A stretch of 64,000 nucleotides of DNA from the human T2T-CHM13v2.0 reference genome, Homo sapiens, in NCBI RefSeq assembly GCF_009914755.1, contig NC_060932.1. One strand, 5' to 3'. Made by a program: the position numbers and the translations under genes. Below the pieces are notes generated by a model that worked only from the letters and a program-made list of their open reading frames with translations, was not told the origin of the DNA and searched no databases. Of this stretch, positions 1-16,954 are shown piece after piece. Within the stretch, counting starts at the first letter, position 1; each line of letters opens with the position of its first letter.

Positions 1-3000
1 CTGTAGGCAATTTTGGCTACTGTGCCTCCAAAAAGAAAGTAACAGACTTAGTAAAGACTTAGAAGAACAATTATGAAAATTCTAATAGAATACTTTTCTC
101 ACTGGGAAAGCATAAAACAATCCTATCTGTTTATCTAGAAAGATGAAGGCTGAGAAGGGCTATAATCAAAGTTTATAAAATCGAGCCAGGGAGGAAAGTA
201 CTAGTTCATTATGAGCAGGAGCCCTTCCCTTCACTTTCAGGACAAATAAACTATTACTCTGTAAAGGGAGTAAGACACATAAGGAATTCATTAATAAAAG
301 TACTAGAACCTTGCATATGGATAACACTTTATCTTTTCCCAAAGAACATTTTGTTCACATTATTGTGAATGAATATTGCCATCTCACATGAGTTGGGTGG
401 GTAGGACAAAGATCATCATCCCAGGAGGAAACAGCCTGTGGAAAGATGAAATGGCTTAACCATGGTCCCCTTACTTCTGAATTTGCTTTTCCCACAACTT
501 AAGAAGTTGTTCACGTTGTGCCTATACCCGTAAGTACTTCAGAGTTTTAGGCTAGAATAATGGGTGGAAGATTTACAATTTTTTAAGCTAAGTAAACACG
601 CAAGGAAGTGATCAACATAAAGTTCAGGATAATGGCTACCACTGGGGAAAAAGTGATGACCGAGAGCATCAGTACATTCACATTCTATTTCAAAATTGAA
701 AAAATATATATCTGAAAGAATATAATCATGTTAAGTTTTGTTAAAGCTAGGAGATGCGTTATTTATTCTGTTACACCCTACACTTGAAATATTTTATAAA
801 TCAGAAGGAAGAAAATAAAAAATGTTTGAGGGACTCCTAACTTTCTGAGCCTAGCATCAAAGAAATTGGGCTCTAAATCTTTCCCAAATGGCCTTTGGTG
901 CTAGTCTGAGAAACAAAATACTGAGCAGAATAGACCATTGATCTGACTCAACATGGCATTTCTTACATTCCTAGGAAATTGACCTGACAGGAACATCTCA
1001 GTAACATTGACCCGATGTTTCTCTTAGATCATATGTATAGGGAAGCTATGAGTACATGGAGATATTTTGTTTCTTTAAAGCAAAAGCCAGAACACAAGAT
1101 ATTCAGACCAGAGCTAGCCCACAGATGTATGTTGTTTGATGAGCATACTTTTCAGAATTAAGCCAATCTTTTAAAATCATATTTTAAAATATATATAACA
1201 TATAAAAAAATCAGATTCTGACGTTTCTTGAAAATTCAAAAAATGAAGGCTTGTATTCCCATGAAGCAGTCATCACTTGGATGTTTGAAGGGGAGCTGCA
1301 GCTGCTCTCGGACACTGGGATCCCCCACTACTGTGTTGTCCCTCAATAACTTATGCCAAGGTGCAGGTGCCATTTATCATTGACCATACTGCTGTTTTTC
1401 TTATAGTCAGGAAAAGCTCTATAAACCATGTCTCTATCAAAGGTAAAACAACAAAAAGACACAAAAACCCTCTGACTTTTCTTATACCTGGCTGCCTTCA
1501 CTTGCCTACCTTATCTATGTAGCCCTGTAGGCATGTTAACTTCCATTCCTGTAAGTAGCTTTTAATGGCCTTGTGCTCTTTTGGAGGGGCCAGGAGGAAA
1601 TGATGAGTCTTAGTGATCTGGAAACATTCCAGACTAATTTATTATCTTCTCTTTTTTCCCTTCTTCTCCCAACTACCTTTTCCCCCTTTGGTTTTAGGTA
1701 AAAAACATCTTTTTTTTTTCTTGCCAATTCCATAGTTTGGGTAGAAAAAAAAATACCATTTAATTTTGTTATTTTTTATATGCTTATGCTTTTAGAATTA
1801 GAATATTCAATAGATCATACAGGCATTTTAATAAAGGAAATGTCACTGTTTCATGTTTCATACTTTACTATGAAAATAACTGTTGGCATGTGAAAATGGC
1901 AGGGAAGTACCTAATACAAACGACTTAAATATTTAAAGCATTAGCCTTACTTCATCATAAAAGAATGACATCGACAAACACCCCTCCACAATCAGTAAGA
2001 GCTGGGTTTGCTTGTTGTTGTCAATCTTCAAACCATGAATGCTCTAATCCACATGGAAGTATCTCTCTAGGAAGCCAGGTGTATATGAATCCCACATGTC
2101 TGGGATTTCCATAAGTGATAATGACAATATTTACTGTTGAATTTCTGGTTCTGCGAGTTTTTCTGGACATGACAAACAGGTTTGATGAAATTTTTAATGT
2201 TTAGTAATACAAAATACTGTATACTCAAATGCTAAGATATATGTATCGGGAAAGGTAAAGCTTTGTTTTGAAGTTTAAACATGTCAATGAAGTAATTCAG
2301 GATCTCCGTGTGATTTTAGCAAAGTCATCCAAATTAGGGGGACATTTTCTCCGATCCTTTTTCATACAAATGATTTTTGTATGAAATCATTCTGTATGAA
2401 ATGATTTTGGGAATCAAGTAGTTGGAGTATATAAAGTGATTTAAATTCCTCACTATGGTTCTGTCTAGCCACAACCTATCACATACTCCATCCAAAGCAC
2501 TATTCCTGGAGCTTTGATTTTTAACTGTGCCAAAATTGCCAACATGGTGGATCTTGATGGATTCCTGAAGGGTGGCACTTCTCCCACTCCCAGCCACCGC
2601 TGACCTCTTCAGCATCCTGGTCCACAGCCGATGGCTGTCACAGCATCCGCCTGCAGGAGCAATGGAAGATGTTCTCAGTCCCAGCCTGGAACTGGGGCAC
2701 TGGGACAGTGTGTCTTGGCAGTCCTGTGGCCTGGACCTTCCCTCTCATCAAGCCAGCCCAGTCAGCAGTGCATGCACACCAGCTACACAGACATAATCAC
2801 GGTTGCTTCAGAGCATTTGTGTCTGGCTCCCACTTCATGGGACAACTTAAAATAACAATGAAGTTGGGCTTTTTGCTTAGGGTGAGGAGTCAGTGTGTGT
2901 AGAAAAGGGAAGAATTGATATTTGTATTTGAAAACCAATATCAACATTTTAAGTCTTACAGCATAGAAAAGGTAGTTGACCTCTGTTCTCTCCTCCAGCT

Positions 3001-3144
3001 TTTGGACTTCAGATGTAGATTACAGAGAAGAAGATGGAAGAGGCAGGAGAAAATTTAATGTGATGGGGTTGAGGTGAGCACATAGGGCAACCACAGCCAC
3101 CTCGGCACACTCCTTACAGGAAGTACTTGATGGCATCCTGCCGT

Positions 3145-3310
3145 TTGCTCAGCAACAACCTTGTAAACTAGTCGGAGTGGGGAGCGCTATTAGAAGCTCC
3201 ATTTTACAGATGAGAAACACAAACCAAAAAAGGATAAATGACTTGCTCAGGCTAAGCTGTGGCAAAATCCAAATGTTTTCCCACATGTTCAAGTCTAGGG
3301 CTCTTTCCCT
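3145..3310 (-). mobile_element. MIR SINE fragment
   Basis: Core CCATTTTACAGATGAGAAAC...AATGACTTGCTCA, the reverse complement of the MIR core; boundaries approximate. Confidence 0.7.
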
Positions 3311-4064
3311 TCTCATCTTTATCATCCTCACCCCTGCCTTGTGAATCTGATTATGAGTGTTCAGCTTTACAATTCATATCATTCCTATGAAATAATTGTT
3401 GTAATAACTGAGAATCAGCACCGTTTGCATTTCAGGCACCCAAGGCCTGAAACCTACAGAAGTGAAGAGCTTCAGCTTAAAACAAAACTGAGCCCTTCCA
3501 CTTATCGGACAGACATTGTCCTGTCCACTGCTCTCAACAGCTGTGAATAAATAACTATGAGTTTTATTACAGAATCATTTTTAGTAAGGTTTGCCAATAA
3601 AAAAATCAATGGCACAATCACAGTGGGAATATATACAGGGTAAGGCAGTGTTATTGACTGACATTAATCATTGCACAGCCATTAAAAGGTGCTCGATGCT
3701 TTCCTTACTGGTACACACTAACACAGTGGAGTGAAGAGATTCAGATTCCTGCACACCGTCATCTGTCTCTACCCAGAGAATCCATAGAGATCAGAGGCAA
3801 CAATTAACGCCACCATGGCAGTCAGCAGCTAAAGACAGACAGATCCACAGCCCACTCATGCCTCATCTGTGCCTGAGCCACTGAGACCATTTCAGCCTTG
3901 AGGGGAGGGTAGGAGACAGGTGTTAATGTCAGTCAGTATCTCCTCTAAGAGGCGAGAAGAATCAAAAGATGAGAGTGCAGAAAGAGAGACCTATCGCGAC
4001 TGCAAGCAGACGTCAATTCTGTTTCTCATCTTGAAAATGTCAATGTCACAGCCAGCATTCAGCC

Positions 4065-4305
4065 TAGATAGAGCTCAAGAGCATGGTCTCTGGGAAGACT
4101 GCCTGCATTTACTTCTGGGTTCTGCTACTGAGGGTCTGTGTGGCCCTAGGCACAGCATGATTTAGCCTTCTGCACCTCCATTTCATTATCTGTGATATAG
4201 GAATAATAGCTACTAGCACCCACCACAAAGGATTATTGTCTGGATCAAATTAATTGCTCATGTGAAGCACTTAGAAGAGAACCTGGCTGAGAGTAAGTAG
4301 AAAAT
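4065..4305 (+). mobile_element. MIR SINE
   Basis: CCTCCATTTCATTATCTGTGATATAGGAATAATAG...GTGAAGCACTTAGAA...CCTGGC; boundaries approximate. Confidence 0.7.
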
Positions 4306-4464
4306 CGATGTTTCTTTTTCCTGTCTACAATATACCTTATAGTCTTGGCAGTGATCTAAGCCACCTAGATCACTCAAAATTAGGCACCCACTACAGTCTC
4401 TTCCAGCTCTAGGCTTCCCTGATTCTGTGTCCAACCTAGAATACTTTTTCAGGTGAGATTCACT

Positions 4465-4957
<493 letters not shown>

Positions 4958-7775
4958 CGAGATTCGCATTTTCAAGGACCCCAGTGGTGGAGCTGTACTC
5001 TTAACAGTGCCTATGGGGATCCACTGTTGTCTTGGTTCCTTTTGACGTGTGGACTGGTGGGAGCCAGGGCATCTGGAGGGATTGCTTGGGAGCCCTACAC
5101 AATCAGCTCAGTTAGTTAAGAAAAGGATGATACTGAGAATGAGAGGAGAATCCTAGCTGGGGCACTTCCAGCAGTGATGAATTGGGATAAGTTTTAGCCC
5201 CTGTTTTTATATTATTTTGACTTTAAATCAGATTTCTACCTCGGTCCCATATTTGTAGTCTAAATGAGTCTGTAAACTAGAGATTACAGTGCTGCGATTC
5301 AGAACCTTGGATGATGGCCTCAGCTGCATTTTTCTTTTATTTGAATTCTGCTAAGGCTCATAAAGGAAACTGGGAGCTTGTTCTTTGAAATAGACTACTG
5401 GACACTGAAAAGCCATCAACAGGGTTTGCTGTTTTCCCCAAAATCAAGATACTCAGTAACTAACTACTGCAGAGATCTAAAGAGGAGCAATGAGACATGG
5501 TAGACATCTTCAGTGTCACCTTTCACCCTCTTTCCACTTCTACATCTCCGTTCATCCACTTATCTCCAGGATATTCCCCCTGTGTGATCAACCAACACAA
5601 ATATAAAATGCAACATTTCTAAAATGGGGTTTTAAAATCTCCCATAAGGCATATTCCTTTTTAGTTACTTCTTCACCATCAGTGAAACGATTGGTTTCCA
5701 GTTTTCTTCTCACGGTGAAAACTTCAAGGTGTTAGCCAACTCCCAGCCTTCTCATGCATCACCACATCACTTGGGTCTGCTTCTTAGGGTCGCTCTGTGT
5801 CAGAGGCATAGTCGTCCGAGTTCTTCTTTCCTCAGGGGTAGACGGCTTCAGCGACCTCATCTGCACCCTTCGTGGACCAGCAGCAGTGTGCCCTCCTCAA
5901 TCCACACACCACCATTGCAACTGCAACGCCTCTCGAGGGGATTGCAATCCACTGCAGCAGCAACACCTTACAAAGACTTTTTTCTTAACATGCCGTTCGT
6001 GTCTTTGACACAGAACATAACTCTACCTTTGTTTTTTTTATTCTATCACATCCAGTATCTCTGCCCAGCCTTCAAGCTATTTGCTAAATCTGCTTTCCAC
6101 ATTTCATGAAGAGAATTCTCCATATTTCTCTTCATGCCAGGAAATCAATGTGTTGTTCTCATCACTCTACTTGTTTCTTCCCACCTCCAGAGCATCACAC
6201 ATGTCACTCGCTGCAATCCCCCAATGATATACTTCACCCATCCGACATTTACTTCCTCCTTTTTTTCCATCTGTCCTCATCTCTCATTTCAGAACTCTTA
6301 TTAAGCCATCAATCCAAGTTCCCTCTATTTTTATATGCCCTGCTACTGCTGTATTCACATTGTTACGTGTGCATTGCTTTGCAAATATCCCCAAGTGATT
6401 TTTCTATGTAGGTTCTCCTCTAGAGAATTTATTACTGAAGACCAGAGGCAGAAAATTTCCCATTTCTTTTGTTTATGCTACACTTGGGAGATCAGCCCGG
6501 AATGCTGAGGTTGATAGAATGTTTTGCATGAAGTAGGCACTCAAGACATGTTATTCATTGACTACAAAAGGTTGCTTGATGCCCTGAAGACAACCAGAAG
6601 AGAAAGAGCAGTTAGGATTGCTCCTAGCCGAGGCATATTTTAGGGAGCTCTAATGAGACCCAATTAGAAACCCTCCTCCTGTTCTCATATGCGTCATGTG
6701 AACGGTAAAAGCTAGTATATGAAGACACGGGGCTAACTGTGGCTTTTTGGACTGTTGCATGCTTCTCTTCTGCCCTGAATGCTTGCCTGGTTTGCATTAC
6801 GATTTCCTTCCTTGCTGGAAAACATAGACTTTCTTCCTTTCTTTGGAAGAAGTGGGACCTGTTGGAAATCTGAGGCTCCAAGATTCAAATGCAATGGGCT
6901 TGGCTGTAGTGCTCTGTAGTACACTTCTTGACAAGTCCTGAAAAGACTATTGAATTCTGGCCTGTGCTTTTCTGCAGTGTTTGGATGTGTTTCAGCTGCA
7001 GTGTTTGGCTGGACAGAGTAATCGAAATAGTTTTTTTTTTTTTTTCCTTCCTCAGCAATCTTACGTTACCAGTTGATCCTTAAAGTTAAAATGGAATATT
7101 TTACAACCCTGCAAATACTTTCGAGTGCAATCGAATTATAGCTCTTTCACAAGCAAACAGCCTATCTTTAAAAAATTGTGCATAAATAGGTCAAAATATA
7201 AATTGATGTTGTTATCCTAATAGAAAAACTGGCAAACATTTGGTGAGCTTGCTAGAGGATACCAACTTGCATTGAAGATCTTTTTTAATTATTATTAAAC
7301 AAACACAGGCATTTTGATGGGACTTAATATGGAAGAAATTTTTTTCTCTTTTCTTTCATACGATTAAAATGCTATAGTAGTAATCTACACTAGTAATCTA
7401 GTAGCAATGTCACTAGTAGATTGCATTTGTGCTGGGCTGGGGGTTTTGATGCTCTGTGTATCAGGCTATTGTTCTCTGGTAATCTTCAAAGGGCTGCTGG
7501 CCTTTGAATCTGCTCCATATCTAAAATTCTAGCTTTAATTATCAGATTAGCCTGCATTTTTTTTTCTTCGTGATTACAGGGAGGAGAAGTGTATGTTTAT
7601 TATTCTGCAAAATACTTGAGATGGTAGGATCTCAAATGCTTAATTTTGTTGTAGAAATGAGAGCTGATCAAATTATAGACTCCTTTAAGCTAAGGAAAGG
7701 AAATGAATAAGTCAGGGAAACAGAGGCACTGAGGGGCACAATCGAAATAGGCATTCATGTGCTGCACTTTGCTAA

Positions 7776-8048
<273 letters not shown>

Positions 8049-10158
8049 TGACGTTTCTAGCCCATGAACGTCTTGTAATATGTCTTAGACTCAGGAAGAA
8101 GTGTCATGTAATGAAATGCATGAAGTTCCAACAAATACCTAAAAAAGGATCAAGTGTTTTTAAACTGCTTGACATCTACCCCAGGGTCTGGGACACAGTA
8201 AATGATCAAAATTATTTATTATTTATTAATTAATGAAAAACTGATGGGTAAATCAATCATGTGTACCTTGTTGATTCATGTATTTGTTCATTCATAATTA
8301 ATAGGATTTGGAAAGTTTCTTTAGCTTGTGGTTGTTTTTAGGTCTCAAATGTTCACTTCTACCTTCCAGGAAAGGAAGTCATCCTAATTGCTACACCTCC
8401 TATTATTGTTTAACCTACACAGGGCAAGAAGAGGTTTTTGATTAATTGGTTTTTTGAAAATTGGGGACTTCTTTCAAGAGGGGTAGTGAACATCATGCCA
8501 GTCTTTCTGAGAAAAAAGCAAGGTTCCTTCTGGTAATATTAGCCCCAAGGCCCTATCCTCCCAGCATGTAGATGATGTCCTTGGGTTTTTTGTAGCATTT
8601 CTTCATAAAAGGGCACAACGTTGTTCGTAGAAGGGCTACAGTGCAGACATGGGTTGTTGCTTGTTTTTATTTTTCCAGAATCACCTAGGCTTATTCATAA
8701 GAATCAAATATGTTATGATTAAAGCTTGTTCAAATGACTTTCAGGCCTACAATTTCTCTATTTTGAAGATTTAAAAGTAAAGGAGTTCAGATAAATATTC
8801 TCCTGCATCTCTTTTAAAAGTGAAATTAATCTTTCCCACTGGACTCAGGAAATATATGGCCATTTGCTTCTTTGCAGAGCGCCCTACGGGCACTTAATAC
8901 TTGTTATTTATGGATGAAAATATTGATTGTGCATATGATAGCACTGTCACTCGCAGACAGCTCAAAGTCTCGACTCGAAGCAGCTCCTCCCGTGCATCTC
9001 AAGGGTGTTTTCTTATGCGTAGGAAAGAAACTAGGTTACGTAGAGGTTACAGAGAGTGCCTTATCTGAGTGTGTTTTCTCACATTAGTGATTTAAATTTA
9101 TAGCACCTTTCATTTGAGGACTCTAAAGCAATTTGCAAATCCACCAAACATCCCTGTAGAGTTCATAGATGGCAAATGTACTTGGCTCTGTTTTATAACT
9201 GAGGTGGGGATTTCAAATATTGCGTGACCAGCTCAGAAACAGAATCAGAGGCGGTTCCCTAATACCCGGTTCCTGATTTTAACCATCAAATTGTGTTTTG
9301 CTTCTGGGAAGTGTTGTGTGAAATCAGTGCCTTTCACCTCCCAGGTTCCCTAGTAGCAAACATGGAACTGGAACGATTGGGACTCTCACATATCCAGAGT
9401 GAAATGGATGACATTTGTCATAAGAAATAGAGATTGAGGGTGAGACAGGGCCCTGCCAGGACTTAGAGCAGTCAACTAGGGTTTGCTAATTTGTTTCAGG
9501 GCTAAATTAGGAAGGGCAAGAAAGAAGGGAACTCCATTTTGCCATTATCTCACCTAATTCCTAGGGCAATCTTGAAAGAAAGGAATTTCCCATGTTACTA
9601 ATGAAAAAACCGAGACTCAGAAAGGCTAATTGTCTATGGTCATGAGCTAGTCGGTGATGGAATGAACCCAGCACATCTGACTCCAAAGTCTTTCCTCTGT
9701 TCATTGTCTTATTTATTTATGTAATGATTCTCTTCTGCCTCATTCCAAAACGCCTTCCAGAGATACAGACTTTAGAAGCTACAGACCCATGAGGACCCTG
9801 GCAAACAGAAACAAAGAGTAGGACTAGCTAAAGTCAAGGCAAAGATTGCTGTACAAACTGCTTGCTGTGGAGTTGTAGGGAAAGGTGGAATATTTAGAAC
9901 TAAGCATCCAGATGTTAAGAGCAAAAATGGAAACACCATCCATTGTAAAGTTCACCCAGTCACCGGGATAAAAACAATTCAGTTGCCTCTAAGCATGTTT
10001 CCTGGTACTTGCTTCGGTTATACTGTGCTATATCCACCTTAAGAGGGATTGAGAGAGTTTAACTAAAACTCAAAGATGATTTAGTTCCATTTCCTTATTT
10101 TTAGAGGAGCAAATTTACACCCACAAGAATAAAGTGACTGAAGTGACAGATCTGACTG

Positions 10159-10351
10159 TTTTTTATTTATTTGTTTATTTATTTTATTTTATTATTATTA
10201 TACTTTAAGTTTTAGGGTACATGTGCACAATGTGCAGGTTAGTTACATATGTATACATGTGCCGTGCTGGTGTGCTGCACCCATTAACTCGTCATTTAGC
10301 ATAAGGTATATCTTCTAACGCTATCCCTCCCCCCTCCCCCCACCCCACAAC
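10159..10351 (-). mobile_element. 5'-truncated L1PA (PA2-PA4-like) 3' end
   Basis: TTATACTTTAAGTTTTAGGGTACATGTGCACAATGTGCAGG...CCCCACAAC; candidate TSD ctgactg (10152-10158 and 10351-10357). Confidence 0.9.
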
Positions 10352-10712
10352 TGACTGACGTTCCAATGGGAAGAGCCGGCACCGGGACCTTAGTCTTCAG
10401 GGCTCTCTCCAGTGTGCTGATCAAACCTTAAGAATCGGGTCTGGGATGAAACTGTGTACACACCGGAAGGCTTCCCTGTTACCTCAATGGACTGTCACTT
10501 TTTTGTGCAGCCCGAGAAGTTTGTTTCAGTCGATGTCTTCTCCAGGGAGAGTAGATTTGCTCCTGGAAACTAAATCTGTTTCTAAACCTTTTCCCCAGGG
10601 TTTAGACACTTAGGTAATAATACAATTTATAGTGAGTCAACCTCCAAAATAAAAGGAATTCTTTAAGGGAAATAAAGACTTTTCCAAAAACTTAGTTAAC
10701 AGTAGGAAAAGG

Positions 10713-11476
<764 letters not shown>

Positions 11477-14264
11477 TTACAGTATCTCAGACAATTAGGA
11501 AGTAAAAATGTCTTCATGACAATAGTTATTGATCCAACCATGGACAACAACCCATTTGAAAATACACAAATAAGTACACACAAGTGGCAGGAATCTTAGA
11601 AAATTAAGAGAATTGGTAGGTAGATATTAAACCAATGTAATTATGAGACACTAAACTAGTAGGGAGAAAGTCAATGTGTAAAGATTCTATTGCTTTCCTA
11701 ATAATGAATTTATTATTTGGAACATTTAGCTACAAACCTAAGAAAAATAATGACGGAAACTGAAATATGTACTATACATACATAAATATCCATCTAGAGA
11801 GTAAGTTTTATGTAGAATAACTCAGAGAAAACAAATTACTAAAGGGCTTATTTTGGGAGGCGTCCAGAATCCATGGATTTAAATGAGTTGAATTAATCCA
11901 ATATTATATTTACCATTGTATGACATGAGTTTTCTCTTTCAGAACTGAGGCATATTTTTGGACTGGCTATAGCCTAAATTTTTCTAAGTTTACTCATGGA
12001 AAATATGAGTCTATGAGAGCTTGAATGTTCAAGAAGGGGAAAATGCAGTAACATGTCGACTGCACTTCATATTCTGACAAGTGAAATAGGAATGAGATTG
12101 GATTATATATCATAAAAATGATTATCCTGCCTGAAATCAGCTCCAAAAAAATTAACTTAAATTTATTATGAGGATATCAACATTAATATAAAACCTGGCT
12201 TAGGTTTTAAGGTAAAAATAATTATCCATGGTTGAGTGATAGCATTAAGTATTTAACAACAACAAAAAAAACTGAAGCAAGATTGAAAACATCGTGGAAT
12301 CACATTCTACCTTGATTTGTTTTGAGGACTTGGACTGGCCAGTTTTCCAATCTGTATGATGCAGAGATTGGCCTAGAATGATTCCTAAGTTTTCTTTCTT
12401 GTCCAAAGTTACAGTGTGTTATAACTTTATTATACTCGTGGTAATTATAATATTGATTCATTTAACAATTGTGGTATTTGAATTATAATCCTAACACATG
12501 GTACATAAAATCACATATGAGTTAAATCTTAATCACATGAATTCTACCTCACATCACTGAGGTAGAAGGGACAATATTTAATAGACAGCTGCAATAAATA
12601 TTTTTGTGAAGAATTCTTTTGTCATAAATCAAAATCATAGACCTTAGTTCTGAAAAAGAAAAATTATATCAAATAATGGTAAATACAATATTGGATCAAA
12701 AATTTTTTTGTCTTTTTACGTTACAAAATTTATGTTACTTATAGCAAGTATATTTATTCTCTAATATGAGATTTTTTAAATGTAGAGTTCACTTAAAGTA
12801 AGACAAACTAATATTCTTAATTTTATTATGATGTAGATTCTTGATACATGCATAAACATGAGAAATGTCATACATTTATTAAACCACAGTGTGCTTGGAA
12901 CACACTAGACATTGGGATGAAGACATTTAAAGGAAGATTCCTGTCTTCACTAGACTTACAATCTAGTTGAGGAAACCAGACTGCTGTATACAAACTGACA
13001 TTAATCATAATTTTAACTTGGTTCAAAATTATTTATATTTATAGTTACTAGCGTGAAATCCATCACCCTAAGTCTATCAATTACGTGGATTAAAATCTCA
13101 ATATATCTTTTGATACATTAAATAAGATTTGACTTTTCTGCGGCATCAGATCTTTGGGTTAGTCACTATTGCTGGCTTTAAAAGAAATTCCTTGGCTTCA
13201 GGTAGTTCCTGGAAATTTTTCTAAGCATTATGGAACAGGTTGTCCTAGACAGAAGTAGCATGGCCTGAAGCCAACAATAATTACAATCAGGTCTTCTGAT
13301 CTTTCTCCCTGCCCCCCAACCCCCACCACCTTCTTAAACAGCTGTGAAGGGAAGTGCTTAATGGTATCCAAAACAAAGAGGATGGGTAAATGGCACATTA
13401 GTGATGTATTCAGATAGTAGGAGTTGAATTGAATTGCCAATGCCGAAGGATAGAAAAATATTGAACTATACGTAACCTACATGTAGACATAATGGCAGTA
13501 AGGGCAAGAAAGCTAAATTCACCTTAGGAAGGGAAAAAGAGATTTAATACATCTGGAGGAAAATAATTAGAGGGCCAGATAATCAATTGCAGAGCGCCGC
13601 CAGGAAACATCGTGTTGAAAGAGGCCGGGGTGATTACAAACGAGTCTCAATGTCATGAGGCAACAAAAAGGCCAGAGCAACTGGAGGCCAACAGTGCTGC
13701 ACCCTGACACCCAAGGCCCCCATCAGCCTTGGAATGAGTGTGATGGGTGAGCGCACATCTGGAATACTGAGTACATTTCTTACGCTCCGTTAACACAGAG
13801 ACACCAAAACCTGGAGGGAGTTCTGAAGCAAATAACAAGGACTATTAAAAGACTTGAAGGAATAGTTTATAAGGGAAGGATTAAGTCAAAGGGGAATGCC
13901 ATGGCAATGGGTAGAAAACAGTACAAAATATCCTACAAAGTAAAACAATGAGGAAAGGGCAGGAATGACTTGGGGAGAGGAAACAAAAAAACCCCAACAA
14001 TGAAGTAACTTAAAGTGCAGAAAAAAAAATTAAAACTAATTAAGCAGAAAAATGTAAGCCAAATGGAGGAGTTTGTTGCCACAAAATAAGTAGTAGTGGG
14101 GAAGAAAATATGTAACCTCCGAAGAGATATTTTCAAGTGCACAAGTGCAGAACTCTAGTGCGAGATTTCCTTACACTGCAGGATGGAAAATCATTTACAA
14201 AAGACAGGGCCAAAAGAATACTGCTAATGGTGATGCTAATAACAATATTAGTTGTAGGAGCACT

Positions 14265-14510
14265 TAACAAGCCGTTGTTTTGTGCCAGGCACTGTTTTCA
14301 GCGCTTTACATATGTGTTGATGCATTTAATCCTCAAAACAATCCTGCCACCATTATTATTATCACCATAGTGGCTTTGCAGAAGGGGAGTTGGGGGAGGG
14401 AGAAGTGAAGTAACTTGCATGTAGATGGATACCCTAGCAAGTAGCAGAGCCAGAATTTGAACCCAAGCAGGCTGGCTCTAGGGTTTATATTCTCAATCAC
14501 TATGCTTTTT
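14265..14510 (-). mobile_element. MIR SINE
   Basis: TGTGCCAGGCACTGTTTTCAGCGCTTTACAT...GAATTTGAACCCAAGCAG. Confidence 0.75.
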
Positions 14511-15113
14511 GCCTTCTTGGAAAAAAAAAAAAAAAAAGGAAAGAAAAGTGGGATAAACCCGTAGGGATGAGGAGGAGGCCAAGGAAAGCACGGGGCTTGA
14601 GGCTGTTAAGTGCAAGCTTTTTGGAAACAATCGCTTTTGAACGTTAGTGGGGTGTGGCCTTGGTCTGCTGCCTGTGGCTCCAAGTCATACTGCATTTTGT
14701 TGGAAAAGGAAAATCATCTTGTGGTTCTATGTGAAAAGGTCAGTTCGTCTCTAAGACAGGAATTCCTCATTAAAAGAATTCCAACTACACGTAGTCAGCA
14801 CAGAAGGAAATCCTGAGTCACCTGATGTGAGACCCTTTGACACTTTGCCCTACACTGATCAACGTGCTCAGTGCCCCTGGCAGAATGCTTAAGCAGCGGG
14901 CACTTGGCTGACTGTAGACCTAATTGGTTCACTCATTCACAGAGCCAACAAATAAACATTCATTCAACAAACAAACATTGCCATGTTTCTCAGACTGGAG
15001 TCTAGATTCTTTTAAAAATAATATAATAAGAAATAACAATTTTAGAAACTCTAAAGCTCTATTCTATGAAAATGTTTTGAAGGCCAAATCAGCTTTAAAA
15101 AATATGATGATTT

Positions 15114-15434
<321 letters not shown>

Positions 15435-16337
15435 TCACAAAATTTTTAAAGTCTAGACCTCGTAAAGTCCCCAGAATACATTGGATTCATGAACCCAAAT
15501 TCAAGAAACAAAAAGGATGGAGCCCTGAACTGTGTGCAAGGATGGAGAGTGCCTCAGAGATAAGGCAGAGGCAATGTTTGCCCTCAAAAAGCTTACAGTC
15601 TAGCAGGTGTTCAGCTTCTATATGAACATGACTATACCACAATGGAGAAAGGGAAGATGACATTACAACCACAAAGACAGTGTTGTGGAATTAAGACAGA
15701 GACTGTGAGTGAAATGGCATCTGCTCTGGCCTTGATATATAAAGAGGCAAATAAAGAGAATTGCACAAGCAAAAATAGAGAGGTGGGAACCAGAGAGCAA
15801 ATAGAGGAAACATTAGCTGGAGAGAGGGACGATTAACAGAGAAATAGGAGATGGGGTTGGAAAGGGAAGGATTTTGTCCAAACTCAAAGTAGGCCTCTGA
15901 GGGCAAGCTAGCAGAGTACACTTGATTCTGCAGGCAATGAGGGTAATCTGAGATTGCGAGAAGAGGGTGAAGTAACCAGAGCAGGTCCTTGGGAAGATTA
16001 ACCAGTGGCAATCGAAGTGGAAAGACCCTCCATCCTGGCTGGGAAAGTCAGTGAGACCATGAGCATCTGTGAGGGGTGGCAAGTTACCAGGGATGGCAGG
16101 AGGGATTTGAGCACTATTTCCAAGGCAGACCTGATAGGAGGTGGCAACTGCCCAGCAAGGGGAGCGCAGGAGCAGGCGAAAGCAGAGGGGGCTCTGGAGG
16201 GCCAAGCATGGTTCATGGAGGGTGATTATGCCATTCAGAGGAATGGAGTAAGGCTGAAAGGGAAAACTGGTAATTCCATTTTAGGCAATGGCATTAGGAA
16301 GCAAGTAAAACATTCAGATGGAGGAATTCTACAGGTA

Positions 16338-16659
16338 CAGGTGCTCCTTGACTTACGATGGGGTGACATCCCAATAAACCCATCATAAGTTGAAAATAAG
16401 GTAAGTCAAAAATGCATTTAATATACTGAACCTACCGAACACCAGAGCTTAGCTTAGCCCAGTCTAACTTAAATGTGCTCAGAACACTTATATTAGCCTA
16501 CAGTTGGGCAAAATCATCGAACACAAAGCCAATAGGCTTGTAATAAAGTACTGAATAACTCATAGGATTGATTGAGTACTGCACTGAATGCATACCAATT
16601 TTACACCACTGTAAATGTGAAAATCTTCAATTGAACCATCGTAGGTCAGGGACCATCTG
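16338..16659. mobile_element. MER47A-like Tigger (TcMar) non-autonomous DNA transposon
   Basis: About 24-bp TIRs CAGGTGCTCCTTGACTTACGATGG / CCATCGTAGGTCAGGGACCATCTG, flanked by TA target duplications. Confidence 0.82.
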
Positions 16660-16954
16660 TAGTCGTATATCAAAGATAAAAGCAAGCTAAATACCTATCC
16701 CATAGAGACATCAAAATTATGTACATCATTAAGTTTAAAATTCAGAATGTGTGTTTTAAGACCAATGTCAATAAAGTGCTGCAATTCTAGAATTCGTTTC
16801 TATTATCCCAAGCCAGTCTTCCAGGAACTACTTTTTTACCATGGATATAAGCGAGGGCACCTATAAAATCTGTTTAATGAAGCCAGGCATTGGCTTTGAC
16901 ATGGAAGGCGTCTGGCAACAGCTTTATAACATCAGAAAAACTAAAACTTGCCTA

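Noticed and set aside
5729-6109. 126-aa ORF in a mildly CpG-enriched patch
   Set aside because: GTG start, no recognisable protein or splice sites; adjoins degenerate L2-like sequence
7370-7425. Small imperfect inverted repeat (gtaatctacactagt...actagtagattgc)
   Set aside because: Short and AT-rich, compatible with local slippage; no functional evidence
15813-16388. Overlapping 127-130 aa ORFs on both strands
   Set aside because: They lie in purine-rich, degenerate L2-like sequence and run into MER47A; no homology recognised
16327-16406. Perfect donor AAG|GTAAGT inside MER47A with upstream AGs (60/66-nt exon)
   Set aside because: The acceptor has almost no pyrimidine tract; such donors occur by chance several times in 64 kb
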